Shown here: positions 38,649 to 48,919 of the stretch, in pieces
How positions within the stretch are numbered: position 1 is the first letter of the stretch
Layout: every line of letters begins with the position of its first letter
Assembly (NCBI GenBank): GCA_036380735.1
Contig: DASVEE010000015.1
Coordinates: forward strand, 116,409 to 180,408
Direction of reading: 5' to 3'
Length of the DNA: 64,000 nt
DNA from: Thermoanaerobaculia bacterium
GTDB lineage: Bacteria; Acidobacteriota; Thermoanaerobaculia; Gp7-AA8
Notes under the pieces: model-generated
The model's database searches: none
Told to the model about the DNA's origin: nothing
What the model saw: only the letters and a program-made list of their open reading frames with translations
Translations under genes and position numbers: made by a program

Positions 38649-38722
38649 GTAAGCAATACTAAAGCATCACGCAAGAAAGAATCACTTGTCCTAATGCTTC
38701 CGCGGACGCATCTTGGGTCGTC

Positions 38723-39637
38723 ATGAGTACCTGCCCCGCCGTTGCCACCCCGCAGCTCTCCTTCACCGACAGCGTCCGCAATCACCCGCTCTTCGACTGG
38801 CTGCTCCTCCTCGCGCCCGGGATGATCTGGGGAGGGTCGTTCCTCTTCATCGCCGAAGCGCTGGAGTCGGTTGGGCCGTTCGGCATCGCGTTCCTGCGCA
38901 TCCTCATCGGCTTCGCCACGCTCTCGCTGCTGCCCGCTGTGCGCCGTCCCCTCAGCGGCGCCGACTGGCGCGCCACCGCCTGGGTGGGGCTGCTCTGGAT
39001 GGCGTTCCCGCTCTGCATGTTTCCCCTCGCGGAGCAGCACGTGAGCTCCGCCCTCACGGGGATGCTGAACGGCGCCACGCCGCTCTTCACCGCCGCGGTC
39101 ACGGCGCTGCTCACGCGCAAGCTCCCGCAGCGGAAGATCGCCCTCGGCCTCGCCGTCGGTCTCGGCGGCGCCGTGCTGATGGCGGTGGCGGGCGGCGCCG
39201 GCCGCATGCAGGGTGAGTGGAGCGGCATCGCCATGATCCTGGCCGCCCTCCTCTCCTACGGCATCGCGTTCAACCTCGCCGTCCCGCTGCAGCGCCGCGC
39301 CGGCGCGCTGCCGGTGCTGTGGCGCGCGCTCGGCGTGGGCGTGATCCTCACCGCGCCGCTGGGCTTACCGGAGGTGTTCGCGGCGCAGTGGAAGCTGAGC
39401 GGCGTGCTGTCGATTCTGGCGCTCGGCGCGCTGGGAACCGGGCTGGCGTTCGTCATCTTCGGCGCGGCCGCCGGCCGGCTGGGCCCCACGCGCGCTTCCG
39501 CGACGACGTTCCTCACGCCGGTGGTGGCTTTGCTGCTGGGCGTACTCCTGCGCGGCGAATCCGTCGCCGTGCTGTCGATCGCCGGCGCCGCCATCTGCCT
39601 CGGCGGCGCATGGCTGATCCGGGCGGGGGCACGATAG
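38723..39637 (+). CDS. DMT-superfamily (EamA-like) transporter
   Basis: Ten hydrophobic helices with duplicated EamA-like halves. Divergent from the LysR gene. Confidence 0.8.
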   Translation: MSTCPAVATPQLSFTDSVRNHPLFDWLLLLAPGMIWGGSFLFIAEALESVGPFGIAFLRILIGFATLSLLPAVRRPLSGADWRATAWVGLLWMAFPLCMFPLAEQHVSSALTGMLNGATPLFTAAVTALLTRKLPQRKIALGLAVGLGGAVLMAVAGGAGRMQGEWSGIAMILAALLSYGIAFNLAVPLQRRAGALPVLWRALGVGVILTAPLGLPEVFAAQWKLSGVLSILALGALGTGLAFVIFGAAAGRLGPTRASATTFLTPVVALLLGVLLRGESVAVLSIAGAAICLGGAWLIRAGAR

Positions 39638-40315
39638 GACGAATAGGACGAATAGGACCAATAGGACGGATGGGACAAATAGGACATTAGAACCTTCGCA
39701 CGGCGCATCAGTCCCATCGACGTTCTTCACGCCAGTGGTGGCGTTGCTGCTGGGCGTACTCCTGCGCGGCGAATCCGTCGCCCTGCTGTCGATCGCCGGC
39801 GCCGCCATCTATTTCGGCGGCGCATGGCTGATCCGCGCGGCGGCACGATAGGACGTTAGAACCTCGGACAGATGGGCCACGCCCATTCGCACGGCGCATC
39901 AGTCCCATCTGTCCTATCCGTCCTATAGGTCCTATTCGCCTATCGTTCCCCGTCTCTACGGCACCTGCAACACCGACAGGATGTTGCCCGCCGGTTCGCG
40001 GAACCAGGCGACCTGGCGTTCGTCATCTTCGGCACGGCCGCCGGCCGGCTGGGCCCCACGCGCGCTTCCGCGACGACGTTCCTCACGCCAATGGTGGCGT
40101 TGCTGCTGGGCGTACTCCTGCGCGGCGAATCCGTCGCCGTGCTGTCGATCGCCGGCGCCGCCATCTGCCTCGGCGGCGCATGGCTCATCCGGGCAGGGGC
40201 ACGATAGAACGTTGGAACCGCCGGACAGATGGGCCCACGCGCCATGACCACGGCGCATGAGTCCCATCCGTCCTATCCGTCCTATAGGTCCTATTCGTCC
40301 TATCGTCCCCCGTCC
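39638..40315. repeat. Mosaic of three 9-bp-unit elements interleaved with duplicated 3'-end fragments of both flanking genes
   Basis: 39715-39852 is a divergent copy of the EamA 3' end (39512-39637). 39956-40010 copies the 3' end of the glyoxalase gene (40316-40372). 40011-40205 copies the EamA 3' end again (39441-39637). Each fragment is followed by an element copy with a related core. Confidence 0.75.
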
Positions 40316-40696
40316 CTACGGCACCTGCAGCACCGACAGGATGTTGCCCGCCGGGTCGCGGAACCAGGCGATCTGGGGGCCGCCGCTGTCGCGGGCGATG
40401 CCTTTTGCGTCGGTCTTGATGTCGCCCTCGTACTGCTCGAACTTGACGCCGCGCCACGTCAGCTCGTCCACTGCCGCCTCGATGTCCGGCACCGGGAAGT
40501 TGAGCACCGTGAACGTGGCCGGCTGGTGGTCCGGCTTCGGGTAGACCATCACGGCCTCGCTGCCGGAGATGTGCAGCTCGAGGATGCCCATCTCGTTGTC
40601 GCGGACGTCGACGCCGAGGAGCTCGCCGTAGAACTTGCGGGCGCGGCCGATGTCGTCGACGGAGAAACTGCTGAATGCTTTCGTGTCTTTGAACAT
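40316..40696 (-). CDS. VOC-family (glyoxalase/bleomycin-resistance/dioxygenase) protein
   Basis: About 126 aa with the VOC beta-alpha-beta-beta-beta fold pattern. Ends [13 protein letters not shown]. Confidence 0.7.
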   Translation of the reverse strand: MFKDTKAFSSFSVDDIGRARKFYGELLGVDVRDNEMGILELHISGSEAVMVYPKPDHQPATFTVLNFPVPDIEAAVDELTWRGVKFEQYEGDIKTDAKGIARDSGGPQIAWFRDPAGNILSVLQVP

Positions 40697-40709
40697 CTCG
40701 GATCCTTCC

Positions 40710-41129
40710 TCAGTCCTTGTGCGGCTCGCCGCCGTTGACCATCCACGGTGTGCCGTAGCGGTCCGTGACCATCCCGAAGCCGTCGGCCCAGAAGGTCTTC
40801 TCGAACGGCATCAGGACGGTGCCGCCCTCGGCGAACGCGTCGAAGACGCGCCGCGCTGCGTCCGCCGTCGGGTACACCAGCGACACGTGGAAGCTGGTCA
40901 TCTTGTCCTGCACGCCTTCGAAGTTGTCGGAGGCCATGAGGACGCCGCCGTCGGCTGCCTCGAGGCGCGCGTGCATGATGCGGTCGGCCATGCCGGGAGG
41001 GATTTGCTCCGGCGGCAGCGCGTCCTTGTGCGTCATCAGTTGCAGCTTGCCGCCGAGGACTTGTTCGTACCAGCGCATGGCCTCGGCGCAGTTGCCGTTG
41101 AAGATGAGGTAAGCGTTGATTGCGGGCAT
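40710..41129 (-). CDS. VOC-family protein, PhnB-like
   Basis: [53 protein letters not shown] resembles the PhnB/3-demethylubiquinone methyltransferase-like VOC proteins. Confidence 0.7.
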   Translation of the reverse strand: MPAINAYLIFNGNCAEAMRWYEQVLGGKLQLMTHKDALPPEQIPPGMADRIMHARLEAADGGVLMASDNFEGVQDKMTSFHVSLVYPTADAARRVFDAFAEGGTVLMPFEKTFWADGFGMVTDRYGTPWMVNGGEPHKD

Positions 41130-41160
41130 TGATTCGTCTCCTTCTCGCGGATCTCGGCGG

Positions 41161-41595
41161 TCAGTTCTTCTTCTCGATCTGGGCGCGCAGGCGGTCTTCC
41201 TGCTCGCGCAGCTCGGGGGTGAACTCCGCGCCGAAGTCCTCGGCTTCGAAGATCTGGCGGATCTCGACCTCGCTCTCGCTGTCGTCTTTGCCGTCGGGAT
41301 TCGGGATCCGCTTCACCCAGTCGATCGCTTCCTGCAGCGAGCCCACCTGCCAGATCCAGAAACCGGCGATCAGCTCCTTCGTCTCGGTGAACGGGCCATC
41401 GATGACGGTACGGCTGGAGCCGGAAAAGCGGACGCGGGCGCCCTTCGCGCTGGGATGGAGGCCTTCGCCGGCGAGCATGATGCCGGCGTTGACGAGCTCC
41501 TCGTTGAACTTGCCCATCTCCGTCAGCAACTGCTCGCTGGGCATGACCCCATTCTCACTGTCCGCGTTCGCCTTGATCAAAACCATGAATCGCAT
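41161..41595 (-). CDS. YciI/DGPF-like small protein
   Basis: RBS aaggag before the ATG at 41595. MRFMVLIKANADSE..DGPFTETKELIAGFWIW matches the DGPF/YCII-related fold pattern. The ORF-track N-terminal extension is rejected. Confidence 0.6.
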   Translation of the reverse strand: MRFMVLIKANADSENGVMPSEQLLTEMGKFNEELVNAGIMLAGEGLHPSAKGARVRFSGSSRTVIDGPFTETKELIAGFWIWQVGSLQEAIDWVKRIPNPDGKDDSESEVEIRQIFEAEDFGAEFTPELREQEDRLRAQIEKKN

Positions 41596-41727
41596 CGTTC
41601 GTCTCCTTGCGTGTTCTTGCCTATGCGTCGAACGAGCCTGGACGAAATCGACAGGGGCCGCAAAAAAAATGTGGCGACCGGCGAAAAAATCGCCGGCCGC
41701 CACGAAGAAGGCTGCTGCTGAGCGTCC

Positions 41728-44688
41728 TCAGTGGTCGTGCTGAGCCCCCTCGGGACCGGCGACCACGATGTGGAACGTCAGGGACGGGCCCTTCCCGCCG
41801 CGGTCGTCGACGCCGACGGCCCAGACCATGTAGTGGGCAGGCGGCAGGCTCGGCAGGGTGACCTCGTACGGGGCGGTGGTGTCGACGGCGACGAGCTGCG
41901 CCGGGGAGGCGAAGGAGTCGTGCTCCCGGACCCAGAACTCCACGCGGTCCACCCGTCCTCCGCGGTCGGTCGCGGCGGCCCTGAAGACGATCGGTGCGCC
42001 CGCCGCGAAGGTGGCGAGATCGCGCGGCGACTGCAGGTCGACGGCGGGGAGGGTGTTCTCGATGACGCTGATGGTCATGTCGGTCCGCGCCGTCTGGCTG
42101 CTGTTGAGGGCGAGCGCCCGCACGCGGCGCGGTCCGGTACCGGCGGCGGTCCAGTTGAAGGAGAACGGCGCCATGTCGGACGTCGCCACGAGCTTGCCGT
42201 CGATGAAGACCTGCACGCCCTTGATCGTGCCGTCCGGGTCGATGGCGTCGACGTGGAACGGGACGGTGTCTCCCGGCTGGAAGAGCGCGCCGTTCGGCGG
42301 CGACGTGATGACGACGGTGGGCGGTGTGTCGCGGACCGCATGGTTCGCCGTCAGCGCGAGGTCGAAGGTGGCGTCGTCGCCTTTGGCGTCCTGGTGGAGC
42401 TCGACCGCGATGACGTTGCGGCCGTCGCGCACGAGCTCGAGCGGCACCGGCACCGGGAAGAACGCTTCCTCCTCCGCACCGTTGACGCTGCCTTCGGCGT
42501 AGGCGTCGTCGCCTTCACCCTTCAGGTTCACGCGATGCAGCTCGGAGCCGTTGAGATACACGACCGCGCCGTCGTCGCGCTTGAGGTGCACCAGCATCTC
42601 GCGGTAGATCGAGCGGTCGGCGACGTCGAAGCCGTGGCGGTAGTAGGTGGTGGTGCGGCGGCCGACGGTCGTTTCCGGGTCGTCGCCGTAGCCGAACTCC
42701 GCGCGGCCGGTCCGCCACTTCTCGTCGTCGTAGCCGGGCTGCTGCCAGCCGTCTGCGGCGGCTTCGGTGTCGAGATAACGCCACCCCTCGTCGTTCTCCG
42801 GAATGAGGACGAGCCTGCGGAAGTCGACCTCGAAGCGCTGGCCGCCGACGAGCTCATTCGCATCATCGGGCGTGCCGTACTGGATCAGGTCGAACTTCGC
42901 CACGCCGTTGGTGGGGAGGTAGCCTTTGTTCAGCGCGAAGCCGACGGTCACGGGGAACGCCTCTTCGGGGGCCAGGCGGATGCCGGTGAGGGCGGCCTTG
43001 GCTCCGGTGATCTGGAGGCGGCCGCGCTCCGCGTCGACGGTGCGCACGTTCTCACCGTCGCCGCCGTCTTCCTGCCAGCGGTCGTAAAGCTCGCGCGGCA
43101 GGTCGACGTAGACGCCGCCGGTCTCCAGGTAGTCGCGCTCCTCGCGGCCCTCATAGACCTGGGCCAGTTCGAGACGCGTCACCGCCGTGAAGCGGGCCGG
43201 ATTGCGGACGAGGATCGGCGCCACGCGCTGCGCGCCGGTGAAGTTGTCGACGATCTGGATGTTCTTCCAGACGATGTTGTTGTTGTTCTTCGTGTTCGTG
43301 TTGACGCTCGCCACTTCCGGCGTGGTGATGCCGGGCTCGATGCGCGCGAGCAGGCAGAAATGCGATTGGTCGCCGCCGAAGCAGGAGAAGTTCGCCGGAT
43401 CGGGCGGATACCAGGGGATCTGCAGCACGACCGCCTGTCCCGGCTGAAGCACCGGCACGGTGAGCAGCGCGTTGTCGTAGATCGGCGGCGAGACCACGGA
43501 AGTGTGCGTCGGCGTCTTGGAGATGATGTAGCCGCCGGCGATCGTCCACGGGATGATCGGCGTGCCGGTGCCGTTCCACGGACCCATCGCCGTCGTGATG
43601 TTGATGTTGCCCGTGAGGGCGCCGTACGTCAGCGTCGGATCGAGCCGCCCGAGCTGGGCGGTGTTGCGCTGCCAGCGCGACCAGAGGCGGTCGGCGTTCG
43701 CATGCAGCATGAAGAAGAACGGATCTTCCGCGGCCGTCGGGATCGACCCCATGTTACCGCCGATGTGCACGTGCGAGCCGTCGTGCGGATCGCTCTCGAC
43801 GAAGGCGAAGTTCGAGTAGGGCGTGCGGTTCAGCACCGTGGTGTCGCTGGTGCCGGGCAGGCCGCTGCCGCCGACGTTGCGCGAGACGCTCGGCGGCGCC
43901 AGCACGTTGAACGGCGCGCCGATCGCGCCGTTGGAGTTCCCCATGAACGACGACGTCCAGTAGGTGCCGGCCGGCGGGGTGCTCTGCCAGTCCCAGTAAA
44001 GCAGCTTCAGGGTGGGCTCGTGCTCCTGCAGCAGCGCCTCGTAGCGGTTGATGTACTCGCGGTGCCACGGGAGAAACGCCGGTGAGCCGTGGCGGTTCGA
44101 CGGGCCGGACTGGTGCACGTGATCCTGCTTGTCGAAGTAGCTGACGCCGTCGCTGAAGGTGAACGGCGCCACGGTGCCGACGGCGATGATCGCGTCGCGG
44201 TAGGCGTTGCGCTCGGCCACCGTCGCGCTGACGGCGTTCTTGCGCGGCTTGGTGATCTCCATGCCGTACAGCTTCTGCGGGCCGCAGGTGGTGGCCTTGT
44301 AGTCGACCCACTGCGTGGGCCAGTTCAGCCCGGTCGAGGCCTTCGCCCAGTAGAGCTTGAGCGTGTCGTTGCCGCTCGACGCCACGTTGCCGCGGTTCCG
44401 CACGCGCACGTAGACGTAGTTCGGGACGCTGTATTTCGGGTCGCGGTATTCGGCGCTCTGGTGCGTTCCGGGCGCCCAGGGCGGCGTGTTGGCGGGGAAG
44501 GGGTATGGCTGGTAGGCCGGGTCGGGCGCGGTGCGGACCCAGATGTCCTCCGTCACCCACATCGCCCCGGTATCGGGATTCGGCTCCACCCCCGTATCGG
44601 CCGGGGTGTCCTTCATGTAGAGATCGGCCTGTGCGAAGGCGAGGAGCGGGAACAACAGGAGTGCCGCAAGGACTGCGAACCGCTTCAT
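41728..44688 (-). CDS. Large secreted tyrosinase (type-3 copper) with extra N-terminal, lectin/jelly-roll-like and Ig-like domains (986 aa)
   Basis: RBS ggagg. Signal peptide MKRFAVLAALLLFPLLAFA. CuA site H..HQSGPSNRHGSPAFLPWHREY. CuB site HVHIGGNMG..DPFFFMLHANADRLWSRWQ. C-terminal Big-like domains. Ends HDH. Confidence 0.8.
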   Translation of the reverse strand: MKRFAVLAALLLFPLLAFAQADLYMKDTPADTGVEPNPDTGAMWVTEDIWVRTAPDPAYQPYPFPANTPPWAPGTHQSAEYRDPKYSVPNYVYVRVRNRGNVASSGNDTLKLYWAKASTGLNWPTQWVDYKATTCGPQKLYGMEITKPRKNAVSATVAERNAYRDAIIAVGTVAPFTFSDGVSYFDKQDHVHQSGPSNRHGSPAFLPWHREYINRYEALLQEHEPTLKLLYWDWQSTPPAGTYWTSSFMGNSNGAIGAPFNVLAPPSVSRNVGGSGLPGTSDTTVLNRTPYSNFAFVESDPHDGSHVHIGGNMGSIPTAAEDPFFFMLHANADRLWSRWQRNTAQLGRLDPTLTYGALTGNINITTAMGPWNGTGTPIIPWTIAGGYIISKTPTHTSVVSPPIYDNALLTVPVLQPGQAVVLQIPWYPPDPANFSCFGGDQSHFCLLARIEPGITTPEVASVNTNTKNNNNIVWKNIQIVDNFTGAQRVAPILVRNPARFTAVTRLELAQVYEGREERDYLETGGVYVDLPRELYDRWQEDGGDGENVRTVDAERGRLQITGAKAALTGIRLAPEEAFPVTVGFALNKGYLPTNGVAKFDLIQYGTPDDANELVGGQRFEVDFRRLVLIPENDEGWRYLDTEAAADGWQQPGYDDEKWRTGRAEFGYGDDPETTVGRRTTTYYRHGFDVADRSIYREMLVHLKRDDGAVVYLNGSELHRVNLKGEGDDAYAEGSVNGAEEEAFFPVPVPLELVRDGRNVIAVELHQDAKGDDATFDLALTANHAVRDTPPTVVITSPPNGALFQPGDTVPFHVDAIDPDGTIKGVQVFIDGKLVATSDMAPFSFNWTAAGTGPRRVRALALNSSQTARTDMTISVIENTLPAVDLQSPRDLATFAAGAPIVFRAAATDRGGRVDRVEFWVREHDSFASPAQLVAVDTTAPYEVTLPSLPPAHYMVWAVGVDDRGGKGPSLTFHIVVAGPEGAQHDH

Positions 44689-44859
44689 GATTCTTCCTCC
44701 AATCGAGGAGGTAGAGCCGCCCTGGATGCAAATCCCTACCGGTAGCGAAAGCAATGACACTAACGGCCGGGGTTGGTGCGGCAGTGCTCAGAAGGAAAGG
44801 GGCCCCAGGGTCTGACCCCTGAGCCTTCACTGGTTCACGGCCTGCCAGACGTTCTGCCG

Positions 44860-45249
44860 TCACTGAGACAGCGGCAGCGCGGCCTCGGCCACGCACGTCC
44901 TGACGGCCTCACGCAGCAGGTCGAGGTCGAACGGCTTGCGGATGACCGTGTGCACGTTCCTGGATGCGCGCACGCTTTCGATCGACGGCGTGTTTGCGGC
45001 TGATGAAACGATGACTTTCGGCGCGCCCGCATCGTCATGCTCGGCCAGATAGCGCAACACTTCGAAACCACTGAGGACGGGCATCATCAGGTCGAGAATC
45101 ATCACACCGTAACTCCCGGTGCGCAGCTTCTCCAGCGCTTCCTCGCCATTAGTCGCTTCCCCCACGCCATAGCCGTCGCGAAGGAGGATCCGCGTCATCA
45201 GCATCCGGATGGAGCTGTCGTCATCGACCACGAGGATGGTGACTGGCAT
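44860..45249 (-). CDS. Stand-alone response-regulator receiver (CheY-like)
   Basis: RBS ggagg. VTILVVDDDSSIR..MILDLMMP..KVIVSSA..KPF. Confidence 0.8.
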   Translation of the reverse strand: MPVTILVVDDDSSIRMLMTRILLRDGYGVGEATNGEEALEKLRTGSYGVMILDLMMPVLSGFEVLRYLAEHDDAGAPKVIVSSAANTPSIESVRASRNVHTVIRKPFDLDLLREAVRTCVAEAALPLSQ

Positions 45250-45746
45250 CCGCCTCCATTGTATGCAGGTTCCTCACGTCATGGCGTCAGCGAATGCCGA
45301 GGAACGGCGTCTGCCGCCGAATGCAAGGCTTCACCAATGCGTGATGACCTCTTCGCGCTGCTCGCCGCCATTGGTGATGACTCCCCGGAAAAGCAGCACA
45401 TCCTGGCACGCTTCGAAGCCTCAGCCTCGCCTTCCTGATGCTGGAAGAGATGTCGCCGGAGAAACACCGCGCCTGCGAAGACGCTCGAGCGCATCCTCGC
45501 CAGCGCAGGCGTCTGAGCATCCGGGCACGGACATCGCACCTTCGAAAATGCTGACGTTCCCTCCGGCATTGGCATCCGGCGCGATCCCACCACGGGCGAA
45601 ACTTCGAGGCGGTGTTGCATACGGCGCAACAGGCGCCGGAGGGCGATCATGAAACACCAACAGCGTGGATGGAGCCGCCGCAGGGGTGGCGAGGAGGGCG
45701 TCGCGCCGAACCGCGGAGAGACCGCGCGGCGGAGGCTGCAGCGACC

Positions 45747-46178
45747 ATGGATCGACCGCAACTCACGGAACAGATCGGAGCCAATCTCCGCGCGGCGCGG
45801 CTCCACAGCGACACTTCGCTCGCCGCCGTCGCCGGCGATGCCGGGATCAGCACCGCCACGTTGTCGCGCATCGAAAACGGGAAGCAGTCGCTCGACGTGA
45901 CGCTGCTCGTCGTGCTCGCCGCGATCGTCGGCGCCTCTCCGGCCAGCATTGTGGGCGTTGGGGAATCGCTTCCCAGCGACGAGCGGGCGCTGGTCGCGGC
46001 TCTGCGCGCCGTGGAGCCCGCGCAGCAGCGGCGCATCATGCGTGCGGTCGAACGCGACGGCTCAGCGACCACGCCTGCGGCCCAACTGATGGAGGAAGTC
46101 GCCGAGCACCTCGCCGCGGCAACGATCAAGCTCAAAGCTGCGCGGCGACAGATGGCCAGGGAACGGCGCCGCTCCTGA
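45747..46178 (+). CDS. XRE-family (Cro/C1-type) HTH transcriptional regulator
   Basis: RBS ggagg. LRAARLHSDTSLAAVAGDAGISTATLSRIENGKQS helix-turn-helix. Confidence 0.7.
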   Translation: MDRPQLTEQIGANLRAARLHSDTSLAAVAGDAGISTATLSRIENGKQSLDVTLLVVLAAIVGASPASIVGVGESLPSDERALVAALRAVEPAQQRRIMRAVERDGSATTPAAQLMEEVAEHLAAATIKLKAARRQMARERRRS

Positions 46179-46363
46179 GAGCCTCGGCAGTCACCTCTCG
46201 CCGTCTTTCAGCTCGTTCGCGACAGCCGCAGGTCAGTTCATCCCGACATTTGTACGGTAGCGTAATGATCGCGCAGCGTTTTTGCATAACTGCTATGCAC
46301 ACCCGACAAGTGCGCGCGCGATTTCTTGCACGGCATCTGTCCGTCCGCACACGGAGAACGCTC

Positions 46364-46990
46364 ATGACGACGATGATTGGGGAAGCTGAGGCCGCGGCGT
46401 CCGAGCCGCACTGGCTGCAAACCGTGGTAACCGAGGGCGATGCCGGCTTTCTCATCGAGTCCGCTGAACAGATCACCTACGTCAACCGTGCGTACGCGTT
46501 GATGCTGGGCTACGACTCGCCGGCGCAACTCCGTGGGCATCATCTGTCGGCGATCGTGGCCGAGGAAGACCTGCCGCGGCTGCTGAGTTTCAGCAAGATG
46601 CGCCTGCATGGGTTGTCTGCCCCGCGCAACTACGAGTTCACGGCCCGCTGCCGCGATCGCTCCCTGATCCGCCTCAGGGCTACCGTTTCCGCCGCACGCT
46701 CCGGCCCCTCTGTCGTCATCGGCACGATGGTCCTGCCCTGCGACCGGCGGGAGGCGTTGGTGCGTAGCGACTCGCCCGCCGTCCTCGCGTCGCGGCTCTC
46801 GCGGCGGGAGCGCGAAGTGATGGAGCTGATTCTCGCCGGGCACAGGATGAAAGAGATCGCACTCGCGCTCGATATCAGCGCCAAGACCGTGTCGACGCAC
46901 CGCACCCGGATGCTCAAGAAGCTGAACCTCACCACGATCCGCGAGCTGTACCAGTACGCGGTGACGCACCGTCTCGTCGAGTGGGCCTGA
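46364..46990 (+). CDS. PAS-domain / LuxR-type HTH transcriptional regulator
   Basis: RBS ggaga. PAS-like N-terminal half. C-terminal LSRREREVMELILAGHRMKEIALALDISAKTVSTHRTRMLKKL. Confidence 0.8.
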   Translation: MTTMIGEAEAAASEPHWLQTVVTEGDAGFLIESAEQITYVNRAYALMLGYDSPAQLRGHHLSAIVAEEDLPRLLSFSKMRLHGLSAPRNYEFTARCRDRSLIRLRATVSAARSGPSVVIGTMVLPCDRREALVRSDSPAVLASRLSRREREVMELILAGHRMKEIALALDISAKTVSTHRTRMLKKLNLTTIRELYQYAVTHRLVEWA

Positions 46991-47097
46991 AGGCGCGAAG
47001 GTGACGACCCGGAGCCGCCCGGGAGTGTCGCGCGGCCGCCGGGCTGAAGCTGATTCTCGCGTTTGTCCTCCACTCTGCGTCGCCAGTGCGTGCGGTG

Positions 47098-47781
47098 CTA
47101 GGGTATCGGCTCGGCGAGAAACCGATAGCCGATCCATGGCTCGGTCACGATGTAGCGCGGTGACGAGGGGTCCGGCTCGATCTTGCGTCGCAGCGAGCTG
47201 ACATGCACGCGCACCGTTTCATCCGTCGTGGCCGGAGCCGCGGCCCAGATGCGCGCCACGATCTGCCTCATCGAGACCGGCTTCCCGGCGCGCGTCGCGA
47301 GGAGCTCCAGCAGCGCGAACTCCGTCGGGGTGAGCTTGATCTCGCGCGCTCCCTGCGTCACGCGATGCTGCTCGATGTCGATCGTGAGATCCGCGAAGTG
47401 CAGCACCGAAGGGCCTGCGCCGGCACGGCGGAACTGCGCCCGGATGCGGGCCAGCAGCTCCGGGACCGAGAACGGCTTCGTGACGAAGTCATCAGCGCCC
47501 AGATCGAGCGCCCGGATCTTATCGGCGTCGCCACCGCGCACCGAGAGGACGATGATGGGCGTACGCGACCTAGCCCGCACGGCCGCGATCAACGCGAAGC
47601 CGTCAGCTACGGGCATCGCCAGATCGGTGAGGATCAGGTCCGGCACATGCACGCGAAAGGCGGCCATTCCGGCGCGCCCATCCGCCGCCGTCACGGTGTC
47701 GTAGCCGGCGGCTCGCAACTCGTGCGAGAGCGATTCACGGATCGGCGGATCGTCGTCGACGACCAGCACGAGCGGCTCGGT
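47098..47781 (-). CDS. OmpR-family response regulator (KdpE-like)
   Basis: Receiver LVLVVDDDPPIR..ILTDLAMP. Winged-helix C-terminal domain ..LTPTEFALLELL..YIVTEPWIGYRF. Confidence 0.85.
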   Translation of the reverse strand, partial: TEPLVLVVDDDPPIRESLSHELRAAGYDTVTAADGRAGMAAFRVHVPDLILTDLAMPVADGFALIAAVRARSRTPIIVLSVRGGDADKIRALDLGADDFVTKPFSVPELLARIRAQFRRAGAGPSVLHFADLTIDIEQHRVTQGAREIKLTPTEFALLELLATRAGKPVSMRQIVARIWAAAPATTDETVRVHVSSLRRKIEPDPSSPRYIVTEPWIGYRFLAEPIP

Positions 47782-48818
47782 CATCCTTCCGCCCCCGACG
47801 CTGCCGCTTCGCCGCGCGCGGCGGGCAGATCGATGCGCGCCACGGCACCGCCGCCTTCGCGGTTCTCCAGCACGAAGGTTCCGCCGCTCGCCACGGTCAA
47901 GCCCCGCGCGATCTCGATCCCCAGCCCACGGTGCGAGACGTCGGAGTCGGACGGCAGACCATGGCCGCGGTCGAGCACCTCGAGGCGCACGGCCGACTGA
48001 TGGCGCATTGCCGTCAGCTCGATCGGAACCTCCGGCGGCGACGCCTGGTGCGCGTTCTCCACGACGTTCGCTACGATCTCCAGCGCCAGCGACGGATCGA
48101 CGAACGCATCGGGGCAATCCTCCGCCACGTGAATGGCCACGGTCCTGGTCGCGAACACGCTCGTGAGGCTCTCGCGCACCGCGTGGAAAATGTCGGCCGG
48201 CGGTGTCGGCTCCGGATGCGGTGTGAAGCGTCCGGCTTCGAGCCGCGCGATCGTCAGCAGGTTCTCGATCCGCCGGTGGAGGCGTCCCGTCTCGACGTCG
48301 ATGGCCTGGATCGTCGCCGACAGCTCCGGCGTGGATGCCGCCTGCCGGGCCAGTGCAGCGATATGGATACGCACCGCGGTGAGCGGCGTCGTCAGGTCGT
48401 GCGACGCCGCGCGGAGCAGCGAAGTCTTGAACGCGTCGCTCTGCCGCAGCAGGTCGATGTGCGCGTTGGCTTCTCCTTCCAGGCGGCGCCGCTCGGCGTA
48501 CATCGCCTCGGCACGCGCCGCGAGGACGATGCGGGAGACGACGAGCGATGAGAGAAGAAACGCCGTGAGCGCCACCCAGTTCCGCGCATCGTCGACATGG
48601 AATGTGTGCTGCGGCGGCAGGAAGAAGTAGTTGTAGGCGCCCGTGGCCAGCAGCGAAGCCGCGATGCCGCCCCAAAGGCCGCTCCACATCGACAGAAAGA
48701 CGACGGCCACCAGATAGGCGAAGCCCATCGTGATCGGGTTCAGTTGCGCGCGTTCGCCCGCCGCGGTGACCGCGGCGATGATCGCGGGAATGGCGAGCCA
48801 CCGGAAATCAACCTTCAT
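47781..48818 (-). CDS. Sensor histidine kinase corresponding to the KdpD C-terminal module (DUF4118-type membrane domain + HisKA + HATPase), no Kdp-sensor N-domain
   Basis: ATGA overlap with the response regulator. Four TM helices. H-box SHDLTTPLTAV. GHGLP..GLGIEIARG. Confidence 0.8.
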   Translation of the reverse strand: MKVDFRWLAIPAIIAAVTAAGERAQLNPITMGFAYLVAVVFLSMWSGLWGGIAASLLATGAYNYFFLPPQHTFHVDDARNWVALTAFLLSSLVVSRIVLAARAEAMYAERRRLEGEANAHIDLLRQSDAFKTSLLRAASHDLTTPLTAVRIHIAALARQAASTPELSATIQAIDVETGRLHRRIENLLTIARLEAGRFTPHPEPTPPADIFHAVRESLTSVFATRTVAIHVAEDCPDAFVDPSLALEIVANVVENAHQASPPEVPIELTAMRHQSAVRLEVLDRGHGLPSDSDVSHRGLGIEIARGLTVASGGTFVLENREGGGAVARIDLPAARGEAAASGAEG

Positions 48819-48919
48819 GGGCTGGTGCGTAGCAGAACATACGCGGCGGGGCCGAGGTGCTAAAGAGTTCGTAAAGGTCCGGAGGTGTGGGCGTTCCGGC
48901 TGCTAGATTCTGCGCGGAT

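Noticed and set aside
45037-45438. 133-aa ORF antisense to the CheY-like receiver, and a 33-aa ORF (45337-45438) in the gap upstream of the XRE regulator.
   Set aside because: There are no RBS or motifs. The receiver gene on the opposite strand has a canonical RBS and fold motifs.
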